Shown one piece after another: positions 49,785 to 60,096 of a stretch of 64,000 bases of DNA (the first letter of the stretch is position 1; each line of letters begins with the position of its first letter). Source of the stretch: Elsinoe ampelina (Eukaryota); assembly GCA_010093995.1 (NCBI GenBank), contig ML992504.1, positions 248,001 through 312,000 of the forward strand, written 5' to 3'. The notes under the pieces are model-generated. The model was not told the DNA's origin and did no database searches. It saw only the letters and a list, made by a program, of their open reading frames with translations. A program made the translations under genes and the position numbers.

Positions 49785-49871
49785 GACCTCTAGCCACTAA
49801 ATTTTAGTAATGCAAAGTCGGCACAAACTATCGCTAAGCCCGGGGTGGCTCGTTTGAAGCGAATTCGACTG
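49785..49871 (-). repeat. Right terminal inverted repeat (87 bp)
   Basis: Ends ...GAAGCGAATTCGACTG followed by TA. Confidence 0.95.
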
Positions 49872-50015
49872 TATGGATCGGCTAGAGCCGCCGCAAGTGA
49901 AGTCATAGGATACTTCGCAGCACTACAGCGAACCACTGCGTCTTGACACTTACGATTTCGAAAGGTACTTATCGTGTGGTCTAAGTTGGTAGCATTCCGT
50001 GAAACAATACTGTAG

Positions 50016-51594
50016 CTACTGATAATTCCTCCGCAACAACTCCGGTTTCCTGTCTCTCACATCTAAAATCATCTGCCCGAACAAGCCATTCACCCAGCTG
50101 AACCACTGTCTAGACCAGACGCTGGCATCCTGACTAGATACACTTTCATGGATCAAGCCAAGCCCATCGGTACTACTGACTAGAGTCCGTAATCCCTCCG
50201 CGATCTCCTCGTCATCATCGCTGGTCAGGATCCGCATGATGACACTCATCGGCCATGCTCTCCCAAGCGGAGTGTGAGGGCTGCCAATGCCGGTGATAGC
50301 AGGACCCGCGCTGAAATAGGGATTGCGGGTGGAGAGTAAGGCTGCGCGAGTGGACTGGTAGACTGGGTCGTCTCGTGGCATGTAACCTAGAAAGGGTGCA
50401 GAGAGGAGGGAAGGGATGTTACCACTGTAATTCGTCAGCGCTGAGTGACATGTTCATGAAAGCTCGTGCTCACTCGTCCATGAAAGTAGTGCCGCCGTAG
50501 CCGTCAATCTCGAATGCATAGGCTCGTGTACCGTCGGGAAGAGACACAATGCCGTGATCTTGGATTGCTTGACGAATGCTGCTCGCCATGTCTGCCATTC
50601 GCTGCGCCAGCGCTGCGGCATTGGATCGAGGCAGTTGAGCCATGATCTCGCTCGCAGACTGTAGAAAGCGAGAGAATTGCATATTTGCTGGTATGAATAA
50701 TTGGTAGATAGTCGTATCATCACTTGGTCGAAAAGCACTGCGGACCAGACCGGTACCTCCTTGGACTGGGTTCCCGACACCACCATTGCTAAGCGTCTCT
50801 GTCCCGCGATCGGTCTGACGAGTGAATGTGTAGGGACTGCGATTTAGGGTCCCATCCCCTGCGTAGGTGGGAGTCATCATTTCTTCTGCCACCTGCAAAA
50901 TTGCTTCAACAGCGGGGATCCAGGAGTACTGCCCAAAGAAGGCAGAGTCATTCGTCCTGATATAGTAGTCGGTAGAAACTTGCAAGAAGGCTGCTAAAGA
51001 GTCTAGCTCGTACTTGCATTCAAACACTGACTGGTTCGAATACGTCGGGGATACAGTATCCGTCCGAGCAGCATCATTGACGGCTGGAGGTATGCCAGAT
51101 TCGATTGGCGGCTGGAAAGACTGACAATACGGCGAAGTTAGCAGATAACGCGCTTGAAGGTTGATGACTCCACGAAACAGGCTTGCCAGAGAGTCTGGCA
51201 ACGTTGACGGCCCGAGCAGTGGTAGGTAGGATTGCATCTGGTTGGCAGAATCTCGTAACCACATGGCATTGATATCACCGGTAATGACAAATGTCAACTC
51301 TTCTCCGGTACTTTTGGAAACCCCTTTCCATTTGATGGTTGTGTCCAGAGTGTTCGGGAAGGTATTCTCGAAGAGGCGGGCAAGGTCGGGATCTGCAATC
51401 TCTCCACGTACAGTGTTGATCGCCTCTTCCACAATAGGCAGCGAGAATGTCCTGCAAGAGATGTCAGGACGTTGGTAAGACAAGTTGTACCTGCCTTCAG
51501 AGAATGGCGCATGTGGCCGAGAGGAATAGTCGGAATAGTCTGGACATTGGGTGTACGCCAAAGGCAGGAAAGCCATCAGGCTCCAGAGGAACAT
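50016..51594 (-). CDS. Glycoside hydrolase family 125 (DUF1237) exo-alpha-1,6-mannosidase-like, with signal peptide
   Basis: FPNTLDTT, ITGDINAMWLRDS, FECKYELDSL, SAFRPSDD, MDD, intron 50425-50473, GNIPSLL, IGSPHT, WFSWVN. Confidence 0.92.
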
Positions 51595-52448
51595 ATTCAA
51601 CTCGAGAGGAGTAGATGTGATGAAGATAGTGCCCAGGAAATGGACAGACTCTCTCCGAATGCGAGAGTAGACACAAGTACATATACTCTGCCTACACGGA
51701 GCGACCGCTCGGGCGGGGTAGACAATACTTAGCCCTTGGAACCCCCGGTCCTGACAGTGACTGGACAGGAAGATGTCATGAGATCTAGAGGTCGATCATT
51801 CGATGCTTCTTCGCTAGGGCCGGGACGATAAAGGTACTCCCGTTCTTGATCGCTGATGTCCAGGGTGAGGATCCGCGTCGAGTGGAGAAGACCTGCTGCG
51901 GGGTCTGCATGCGATGATCAGCTGCATCATGGGATAATCGGTATTGGGCATCGTTATTGTGCAAGAAATAGCTGCAGGGATATCTAATGGCAGTCAACCG
52001 ACAACTCTATGCTCACGCTCTGGCCGTGGGCACTCTTCAGTATATATCTTCCACGAGGTCGTCAGCCGCGTCGAGACAAGCTGGAAGAGGAAAGGGCGCG
52101 AGGATAAACCCTCCCCTTGACGATATTGAGCAAGAAGCTTGCTGGAATAGCTGTGGAACCAACGTATTCACACATGATGACAATGAGTGTCGTCGTACCT
52201 GTTTTAGATAGGTTGAGGAGTCGGATGCTTTGAGCACGGAGGAACAGACGAGATTCGTCAGCGTGGCGACAAGCAGTGTCCGCGAGTCATGACTGTGGTA
52301 TCAACAGACGCTCGCCTGTCATCATCCTTATCACCACTACATCTTTCATCCGCTGCTCACGACCATACACACGGCGCGCTGATGCTCATACTGATCTTCC
52401 ACTGATGATACCTTGCGTCAAACCGAGACCATCGTCCCACATGAGAGT

Positions 52449-53927
52449 ATGGCTGTCCGTTCGGGCAGCGTGGTGCTCCCCGAATGGCAAGACGACTCGG
52501 AAGTAAACGCATGTCCGATTTGCAAGAGGACATTCCATTTCTTATTTCGAAAGCATCATTGTCGAAGATGTGGACGAATCATCTGTGATCAGTGCTCACC
52601 ACATCGGATCACTATTCCAAGGCAGTACATAGTCCGACCACCATGGGAGTCGTTTCGACCACACATCACTACTGGGGATGAAGAGGACCTAGAGTCCTCC
52701 AATCCGGCTCTAGGTGGAGGTGAGACTGTCAGAGTGTGCAATCCTTGTGTGCCTGATCCCAACTACGGTCCCCCACCACAACAAGGAGAAGATATCTCGG
52801 AAGGGTCACGTGCCAATTTCAACGATGGGACAGCATTCACGATACCGCCGTACGATTACCAGCAAGACTCGCAGCGAGCTTTGACGTTCCACAGCCCACA
52901 GCGAGCTACTGATAGGACCTACCCGGACCGCTATCGTTCTACAAGGGATCCCACCAGCCCTACCAGACGGGCCCAGGATGCGAGAGTGTATTACAGCCGC
53001 AGATCCAACTCTGGGTCAGTCCCGGCGCATCAAGTCCTGGACGAACGATTCCGCCAACGAGCTTATCGGACTTCGTCTGATGCACCAAATCAGCCATACG
53101 ATCCAGCCACTGCAGAGGGTGGGCCGCCTATGCCGCATGGATCACGCCCTATCCCCGGTATCGTACTGGCACGAGGAGCACGACCTCAACCCCGAATCCC
53201 ATCTGGGTCTGCACCACCTGCATATACTCGGATCTTCGAACAGACTGGGCCATCTTGGGAGCAATCACCTTCGCGGCCACGTCCAACAGGGCGAAGACAG
53301 GTTCCAGTACAAGTCAGAGAGGAGGACGAGTGCCCTGTCTGCGGCACTCATGATCCTCCATTCGGAGCCTCGGGAGATCAAGGACTTCGGGAGAGACATA
53401 TCGAAGAGTGCATCAATTCTCATCTACAATTTTCTTCGCCGTCGAGAAGCACACCAGTGCAAGTCTCCGACATTGCCGAGTCATCCACACAGACAACACA
53501 ACCGTCTGATGACGCGACCAGCGAGCAGCTCCCAGGTCCTGGCTCGTTCATTGCGGCTCGATTACCATTTCTTGCGTCCTTTTCGAGTTCGCCAGCCTCC
53601 TCATCGGCGAACGTGCCAACACAGTCGCCAGTCGGCACACCACAACGATCCGGGTCTGTCCGCACTCGTCCTCGGGGACATACGAATCAGCAGAGGATGC
53701 TCGTCTATCATGCCACGGAGAAGGATTGCTTTGACGAAGCAGGCAATGCACAGGAATGTATCATATGCTTCGAAGATTTCGAAGTCGGTGAGGACATGGG
53801 CAGATTAGAGTGTCTATGCAAATTTCATAGGAAGTGCATTCGCGGATGGTGGGAGAGTGCAGGTCAACCGGGAGTTCCAGGAGCAAGATGGGGGAGTTGT
53901 CCTACGCATACGCTGCAGACATACTGA
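52449..53927 (+). CDS. FYVE-domain plus C-terminal RING-H2 protein (Pib1-like E3 ligase)
   Basis: WQDD..CPIC..RKHHCRRCGRIICDQC..RVCNPC, and ECIICFEDF..LECLCKFHRKCI..W..CPTH. Start codon is uncertain. Confidence 0.88.
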   Translation: MAVRSGSVVLPEWQDDSEVNACPICKRTFHFLFRKHHCRRCGRIICDQCSPHRITIPRQYIVRPPWESFRPHITTGDEEDLESSNPALGGGETVRVCNPCVPDPNYGPPPQQGEDISEGSRANFNDGTAFTIPPYDYQQDSQRALTFHSPQRATDRTYPDRYRSTRDPTSPTRRAQDARVYYSRRSNSGSVPAHQVLDERFRQRAYRTSSDAPNQPYDPATAEGGPPMPHGSRPIPGIVLARGARPQPRIPSGSAPPAYTRIFEQTGPSWEQSPSRPRPTGRRQVPVQVREEDECPVCGTHDPPFGASGDQGLRERHIEECINSHLQFSSPSRSTPVQVSDIAESSTQTTQPSDDATSEQLPGPGSFIAARLPFLASFSSSPASSSANVPTQSPVGTPQRSGSVRTRPRGHTNQQRMLVYHATEKDCFDEAGNAQECIICFEDFEVGEDMGRLECLCKFHRKCIRGWWESAGQPGVPGARWGSCPTHTLQTY

Positions 53928-54780
53928 ACTGCGGTACAAGCAGGTATCGTCTTGATAATATTATTAGCGCCCGATATCCACTCTTTCTCAGGTATGAAAG
54001 CTTGTAATTCCCATAATTGTACACAGGATCTATGTAGCTTCTTGATGCATGTCTATTGATACAACGCAACAAAGATGCATGTCGACCAGGGGCAGGCACG
54101 ACCTGCATTGGATCTGTTGCAAGCGCTTTGTTTGCTTTTGCGGTAAAGGATTCCATCACGGACCCAGTCGATTGGACCCGGCCCTTTGACTTTCGGCGCG
54201 ACGTTTGCCCAAGATTAGATCCCGCAGGGCCCCGATGCTCTCTTTCTTGGTTGAACCAGAGAAACGTCGACAGGCGCTGCCCACCTGACCCGCAATCATC
54301 AGAGCCCGGAGGTGCAGCGCTACTGTATGATGTGATTTCCCCGATACCGCCTGTCCTTCTGCCCGCCATTGGGGTTATCGCTCATGGACATTCGCTTCTC
54401 GACATTCACACAGTATAACCTCAGCAACAGCATCACACTACGCGGCTACATCTACACGGACAGGCTATAAACAGCATCCTCTTCAATAAATACGAGCGTC
54501 GTGGTCAAATCTCCAAGCAATTCCGCAACCCCGCCGACTGACTCAGACCCAAGCCTTCACTGCACACGATTCGGCTTCCAGTCTCTGTTACAGAGAGGTC
54601 TCGCTGCAAAGTGGTTGTACTCCTCCTCGACAAATACCTCTCTCTTCTCAGTCTTATTCGCTCTATGCAGACATCACAAAAACATAGCCGCTCATGAACG
54701 AATGCTCATAGCCCACATGGCTTGCCCATAGTCGTCTCGCCCGACTCGGCTTGGATACGCACTCATCTGTATGGAGCACC

Positions 54781-57126
54781 ATGGACGAATCTATGGATCC
54801 AGATCTAGAAGGAAGACCAGCGAGTCGAACGAGCGAGCGGGAATCATCTCCAACTGCAATCTACAATCCCTACTTCACTGGCCGGCCCAGAACTCCTACC
54901 CACGGAGCGAGAATGGATGCAATGGACAGGCAACAAATTATAAGGAAGATCAAAGAGAAGGGCATAGCGAGACAAAGATCTCGGGAGGCACAACTGGCTC
55001 TAGCCTCCAAATCGGATATACGCCATGCAGCACAAGAGGGTCACGAGGCAGTCTCACCCTCTGCTCTCCTCCCTTCACCGCACATCGAGAGGAGCAAAAC
55101 CCCGATGCAAGATCAGGAACAGGCTACTGCTGGTCTGTCAATAAGCAGACCTAGATCTGCGCTACACAGAGGTGACTTTTCCGGGGATGCACAGAGTGTT
55201 TGGACTGGTGAAGAACAAGGAAGCCCTCGACCAGGTCCAGGTTTTCAGCAGCCAAATCTAACAGCGACATCTCCTCCGGCACCCTGGCATGACGGGTATC
55301 CGAACTCCTCCGTACACCGAGCAAGAGTCACCCCAACACCTTCGACTGCATCGATCTTTACGCAAATTGCACGACCTCGCGCTGTATCGCAAGTCTCTTT
55401 GAGCAAGAGCTTCAGCTACCAAGCACCAACGAGTCCACTCGTAAACCAGTCAAACGCGGAGGACTTCCATGAATCTCACGACCTACCCCTTCCGAATCCA
55501 GACTACGCCTCTGATAGATTTGGTCGAAGACGAACTTTCTCTCCACGATCTCTTCAGAGTTTTGCCAACATGATCGATAATGGATATGGGAGCCAGTGGT
55601 CGTCTTCTCCCCCTTCCATAAGGAGAGAAAGTACGATACCGTACAAAGCACACCAGCCTCGAAGATCAGTGACGTCTTTGAACAGCCTGCCTCAAACACC
55701 CTATTCAACTAGCCGACGGTCGTCCACTTTTGGTAGCTCGCCGCTACAAAGTGCAATGGTTGGTTCTTTCGAAGAATCCATCCTCAGAGGACGCATGTCG
55801 TCGAAGCCGTCGAGACCATTGGACTTCACAGCTCACATTGGGGTTTTGGGCATGGGTGACTGCAAGCCAAGCTTGAGATGTCCGCCTCATATCACTATAC
55901 CGTTCCCTGCAGTCTACTACAGCTACGGCACGAGTAGTACTACAAGTGACTCACAGCCAAGCCCCTATGTCGGATTGGTGGATCTCGAGCAGACCGCTCG
56001 ACCCGACTCTGAGCTTGGCCCTCGCAAACGACAGAATCTTCAGCGCCGAACCAGCGGGCAAGGTCGAGCGTCTTCGCCCAGTACAGCAGATCTCACAGGT
56101 CTCGATGTCGGAGAGAAACGTCGTAGGCAGCAGAAACAGAGACGACGGAGGTCGAGGTCTCCACTAGAAGAGCCGAAGAATGCGTACCGCATTCCCGCAA
56201 AAGGTCAATTGCAGATCATCATCAAGAATCCCAACAAGACGGCAGTCAAGCTCTTCCTGATACCATATGACGTGACAGATATTCAACCAGGTCAGAAGAC
56301 ATTCATTAGACAACGAAGCTATTCGGCAGGTCCGATCATCGATATGCCTCTGGATTACCGGAAGAATTTCGGTACGGACCGACCTGAAGCTGCCCTTTCC
56401 GGGTCCAACGATCCCCGAGACAAGCCTGTGCTCCGCTATCTCATTCACCTCCACATGTGCTGCACCTCCAAAGGTCGCATCTGGCTCTACAACTCGATTC
56501 GAGTCGTCTTTGCGAATCGAGTGCCAGATGGCAAGGAAAAGCTACGCAACGAGATCCAGCTTCCCGAACCCAAGTATTCAGCCTATAAACCCGGCCGTAC
56601 ATCTGTCACAGCGACGCCTCAGCTTCGTCCGCATCATAGTGAGCCATCACCGATGGACATTGATGGTATTGGCGAGTTCACTCCGCCTTCTCCGCTCAAC
56701 AACAATGCTATCAACAAATTCGAAGCGCGCTCCTTGCCTGCAGTCAGCATATACGACTCTTTATTCACCCATCGTCATACAGAGCCTTCTTTCCGATTCC
56801 CTGTCCTTGAGACGGTCACTTCGAGACCTTCCTCTCGGGGAGTGGCAGAGGATGGAACCATCTCTGAGGCCTCCCGATCTGGCAGTAATGTAGAGCACAG
56901 CCGGGTCAAGTCGCCCAAATCTCCATTGTCGCCATACTCGCCGCTGCAGAGGGCTATTAGTCCAGTTACTGACAGTAGCGAAGGCACTGGGAGCATTACA
57001 TTCTCGCGGAGCAGCAGTACGGACAAGCTGAGTACAGGGTCTGAGAGTCTTCTGTCACGCAGACTTCGGGATTTGGGCATGAGCAGGGTACCTAGTCCTT
57101 GTGGTGGACCACAAAATGGGCAATGA
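54781..57126 (+). CDS. DUF4210/Chromosome_seg (FAM214/Atos-like) protein
   Basis: MVGSFEESILRGRMS, PSPYVG, YRIPAKGQLQIIIKNPNKTAVKLFLIPYD, TFIRQR, LRYLIHL. Confidence 0.88.
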   Translation: MDESMDPDLEGRPASRTSERESSPTAIYNPYFTGRPRTPTHGARMDAMDRQQIIRKIKEKGIARQRSREAQLALASKSDIRHAAQEGHEAVSPSALLPSPHIERSKTPMQDQEQATAGLSISRPRSALHRGDFSGDAQSVWTGEEQGSPRPGPGFQQPNLTATSPPAPWHDGYPNSSVHRARVTPTPSTASIFTQIARPRAVSQVSLSKSFSYQAPTSPLVNQSNAEDFHESHDLPLPNPDYASDRFGRRRTFSPRSLQSFANMIDNGYGSQWSSSPPSIRRESTIPYKAHQPRRSVTSLNSLPQTPYSTSRRSSTFGSSPLQSAMVGSFEESILRGRMSSKPSRPLDFTAHIGVLGMGDCKPSLRCPPHITIPFPAVYYSYGTSSTTSDSQPSPYVGLVDLEQTARPDSELGPRKRQNLQRRTSGQGRASSPSTADLTGLDVGEKRRRQQKQRRRRSRSPLEEPKNAYRIPAKGQLQIIIKNPNKTAVKLFLIPYDVTDIQPGQKTFIRQRSYSAGPIIDMPLDYRKNFGTDRPEAALSGSNDPRDKPVLRYLIHLHMCCTSKGRIWLYNSIRVVFANRVPDGKEKLRNEIQLPEPKYSAYKPGRTSVTATPQLRPHHSEPSPMDIDGIGEFTPPSPLNNNAINKFEARSLPAVSIYDSLFTHRHTEPSFRFPVLETVTSRPSSRGVAEDGTISEASRSGSNVEHSRVKSPKSPLSPYSPLQRAISPVTDSSEGTGSITFSRSSSTDKLSTGSESLLSRRLRDLGMSRVPSPCGGPQNGQ

Positions 57127-57760
57127 TTGGTACATAGACATCGCAATTGGGTAGGCCGGACGAGACATGAGAAACGAAACATTAATCTCCATAGACAGGA
57201 TAATCAAGACGTAAAATGTGCAGAATATTCCTGAACATGCCAAGGTGATCTGCTTGAGTGCACAACCTTGATGGCCGAAATTCTGGTGTCAGATAGTTAT
57301 GTTTGCAGCTTCTTCTCACTCCATCGCTTCATCGTTTATATCAAGATCAATCAATGTGACAGTGCTGGTGATGTGCCTAGCCCCTGATCTGGTTCCTCAC
57401 CTGCAGCACGGCATCAATCAGGCGGTAGATCTTTTCCTCTTCCAACCACCGTGCATCAAATTCGGCGGCGCGGGCTCTGACTCGGGGTCAGCAGGTCCGA
57501 GGGCGGGGCGATTGAGGAGTGCAAATGTGACAATACCGCTTTTCTGGTTTGTCTTCTTCCTTCATACATTTCTTAGATTCACCACCCGTCGTTCGCTCTG
57601 CGTCAGGATCTGTCCACAAGGCGGTGTGCCCCTCGGATAGACCTCGGCTCTGCAGCTTGTTCACGCCAACGAGACTAGCAAGATCAAGGCCACGTGATAT
57701 GGCCTCGACGGTGATTGCAATTTCAACTGGATAGATTATTCAACATAATTACAACACATC

Positions 57761-59731
57761 ATGGCGGCACCTCGAATACACAAGCTGCCCGTGCAGCAGC
57801 TCACAGTCCTCTCCATCGCCCGCTTTGCAGAGCCCATAGCCATGACTTCAGTCTTCCCGTATCTCCCAGAAATGATTGAATCATTGAACGTAGCACCAGA
57901 CGAAGTGGCCAAATGGGCCGGCTTCGCAGCGTCAGTCTTTAGTCTCTCTCAAGCAGTCTTTGCTGTGCCCTGGGGTCGAGCATCAGACAAGTACGGACGC
58001 AAACCCGCCATTCTGACATGTCTGACCGGAACCATGATCTTCACCATCTTCTGGGGCTTCTCGAGATCACTGGGCATGGCTATTGCCGTCAGAGCCGCGC
58101 AGGGAATCTTCAATGGTAATGTGGGTATCATTAGGACGACGGTGGCGGAGATGGTGCCGTGGAAGGAGCTACAGCCGAGAGCATTCAGTGTGATGCCGTT
58201 GGTATGGAATGTTGGCAGTATCTTTGGTCCTGCGTTGGGAGGTGCGCTGGCAAACCCGATGAGGAGAGTACCTGGGGAGCCTCTGCCAGAGAATCCTGGT
58301 CTGCTTGACCTCTACCCCTACCTGCTACCGAATCTGGTTGCCGCTGCTCTTTTTGCTGTTGGCATCACGACTGGGATCTTGTTCTTAGAGGCGAGTTTTC
58401 CAACACCCAGACATGACAGATACTAACCCCACCAGGAATCACTAGAAACAGCCAAAGGGCGCCGTGACTGGGGCAGAGAGCTAGGCAAACGCCTCACCCT
58501 CTCCTCCCAGCGTCTATGGCAACGCATCAAAAACTTCAACACTTCCACCGACCCCTCCCGCCAACCCCTCCTCAAGCCCCCCCGCCCCTCCCGCGACATC
58601 GAAACCCCACCCTACCTCGAACGCAAAAAACCCATCGAACCACCCCCCAGCATCTCCGAATGCCTCACCCGCCAATCCATCCTCAACCTCATCGCCTACA
58701 CCCTCCTCGCGACGCACAACATCGCCTTCGACGGCCTCATCCCCATCTTCATGCACTACCCACGGCACACGCACCCACAATCCTCCCCCCTCCGCTTCGC
58801 AGGCGGCTTCGGCCTCGACTCGGCGCGCATCGGCATCCTCTTCACCCTGTACGGCGTCTCGGGCATGATCATCCAATTCTTCATCTTCCCCCCGTGCGCA
58901 CGCATCTACGGCGTGGCGCGGTGCCTGCGCGTCTGCAGCGTCGCGATGCCGGTCGTGTATTTCTTCGTGCCGTTCACGGCGTTGATACAGGATCAGGAGA
59001 CGCAGATGGTGGTTGGGTTCATGCTGATGTTGACAAAGGGATTCTTCAGCACGTTTGCGTTTCCTTGTTCGACGATTTTGTTGACGAATTCGGCGCCGAG
59101 TTTGAGGATACTGGGGACGTTGAATGGGATTGCGGTCAGTGTGAGTGCGATTGGACGGGCGGCGGGGCCGGCGATTACGGGTGCGGTGTTTAGTGTGGGG
59201 GTCGAGAGGGGGTATGTGGTTGCGCCGTGGTGGACGTTGACGGTGATTGCGGTGTTGGCGAGTGTGCCGGTCTGGTGGGTGGTGGAGGGGGAGGGGTTTG
59301 GTGGGGATGAGGGGGAGATTGAGGATGATGAGGAGGAGAGTGAGGTGGAGGAAGGGGATGATGAGGCGCAGACGCCGACGGGGACGGGGACGGTGAGGGT
59401 GAACAGAGGGGGCATGTTGAGGACGGCGTTGGATACGGGTGCAGATTTGGAGGATGTGGAAGGGCAGAGAGGGTATGGTGTAGCTGGTGGGATGCTTAGC
59501 AGGACGACTACCATCGACTCTGACGCTATAGAGGAGGAAGAGGAAGGGGAATACGAAGGTAGTCCAAGGATAGGCGGCCCAAGGAGTGCGCCGGTATCGA
59601 GGAGAGGGTCACGTGCGGTGACACCGAGAAGAGTATCGAGGAAGATATCCATACCAATCGGTATGTCGGGTATGAGCAGGAGGTATAGTAGCAATCTGGG
59701 TCACAGCTTGGGCAGTGCGGCAGGGAACTAG
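57761..59731 (+). CDS. MFS transporter (YCR023C/ZIFL-like)
   Basis: EPIAMTSVFPY, motif A WGRASDKYGRKP, GNVGIIRTTVAE, GPALGG. A GC-AG intron at 58391-58435 restores the frame to the C-terminal half. Confidence 0.9.
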
Positions 59732-60096
59732 TGTGATGGGGGAAGCATCAGAAGGAGTTTGTCAATTTGGCAATTTGATTGACGGATCAACGACAGAATG
59801 AAAGGAAGAAATACTTGCATAAAAGTGGCTGAACAAGAAGCTCTTGAACAAGTTTATGCCTCGGATATGGTCGAGTTTGATGAACCAGTTCTATCATGTG
59901 GATCTGCCTGTGGATCTCACGGCTGATCGTCTCCGCATTTCTGTTCCTCTTATGCAGTCTTCCAGTGACGAAACACACCCCGAAGCTCGGACCCAATCGA
60001 GAAAGTGCCTCTACGTGTACCTGAGGTGCATTTGCCCTGCGAGTTTGCGGCGGCTTGCGGCTTCAGAGGGCGTATACTTTCGTAATCCGTTTATCT

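Larger units (their letters stand above)
34655..49871. mobile_element. TIR-bounded Tc1/mariner-superfamily-like DNA element, RIP-mutated, expanded by nested LTR retrotransposons
   Basis: 87-bp TIRs starting CAGTCGAATTCG. TA on both flanks (34653-34654 and 49872-49873). The interior is TpA-rich and depleted of CpA/TpG. Confidence 0.88.

Noticed and set aside
34655..49871. Starship-type giant element
   Set aside because: It has TIRs and a TA duplication, no tyrosine-recombinase captain is visible, and the size is explained by nested retroelements.
58514..59694. Long overlapping alternative-frame and antisense ORFs in the MFS gene (also over APS3 and the RBR genes)
   Set aside because: Shadow ORFs caused by GC-rich, skewed codon usage.
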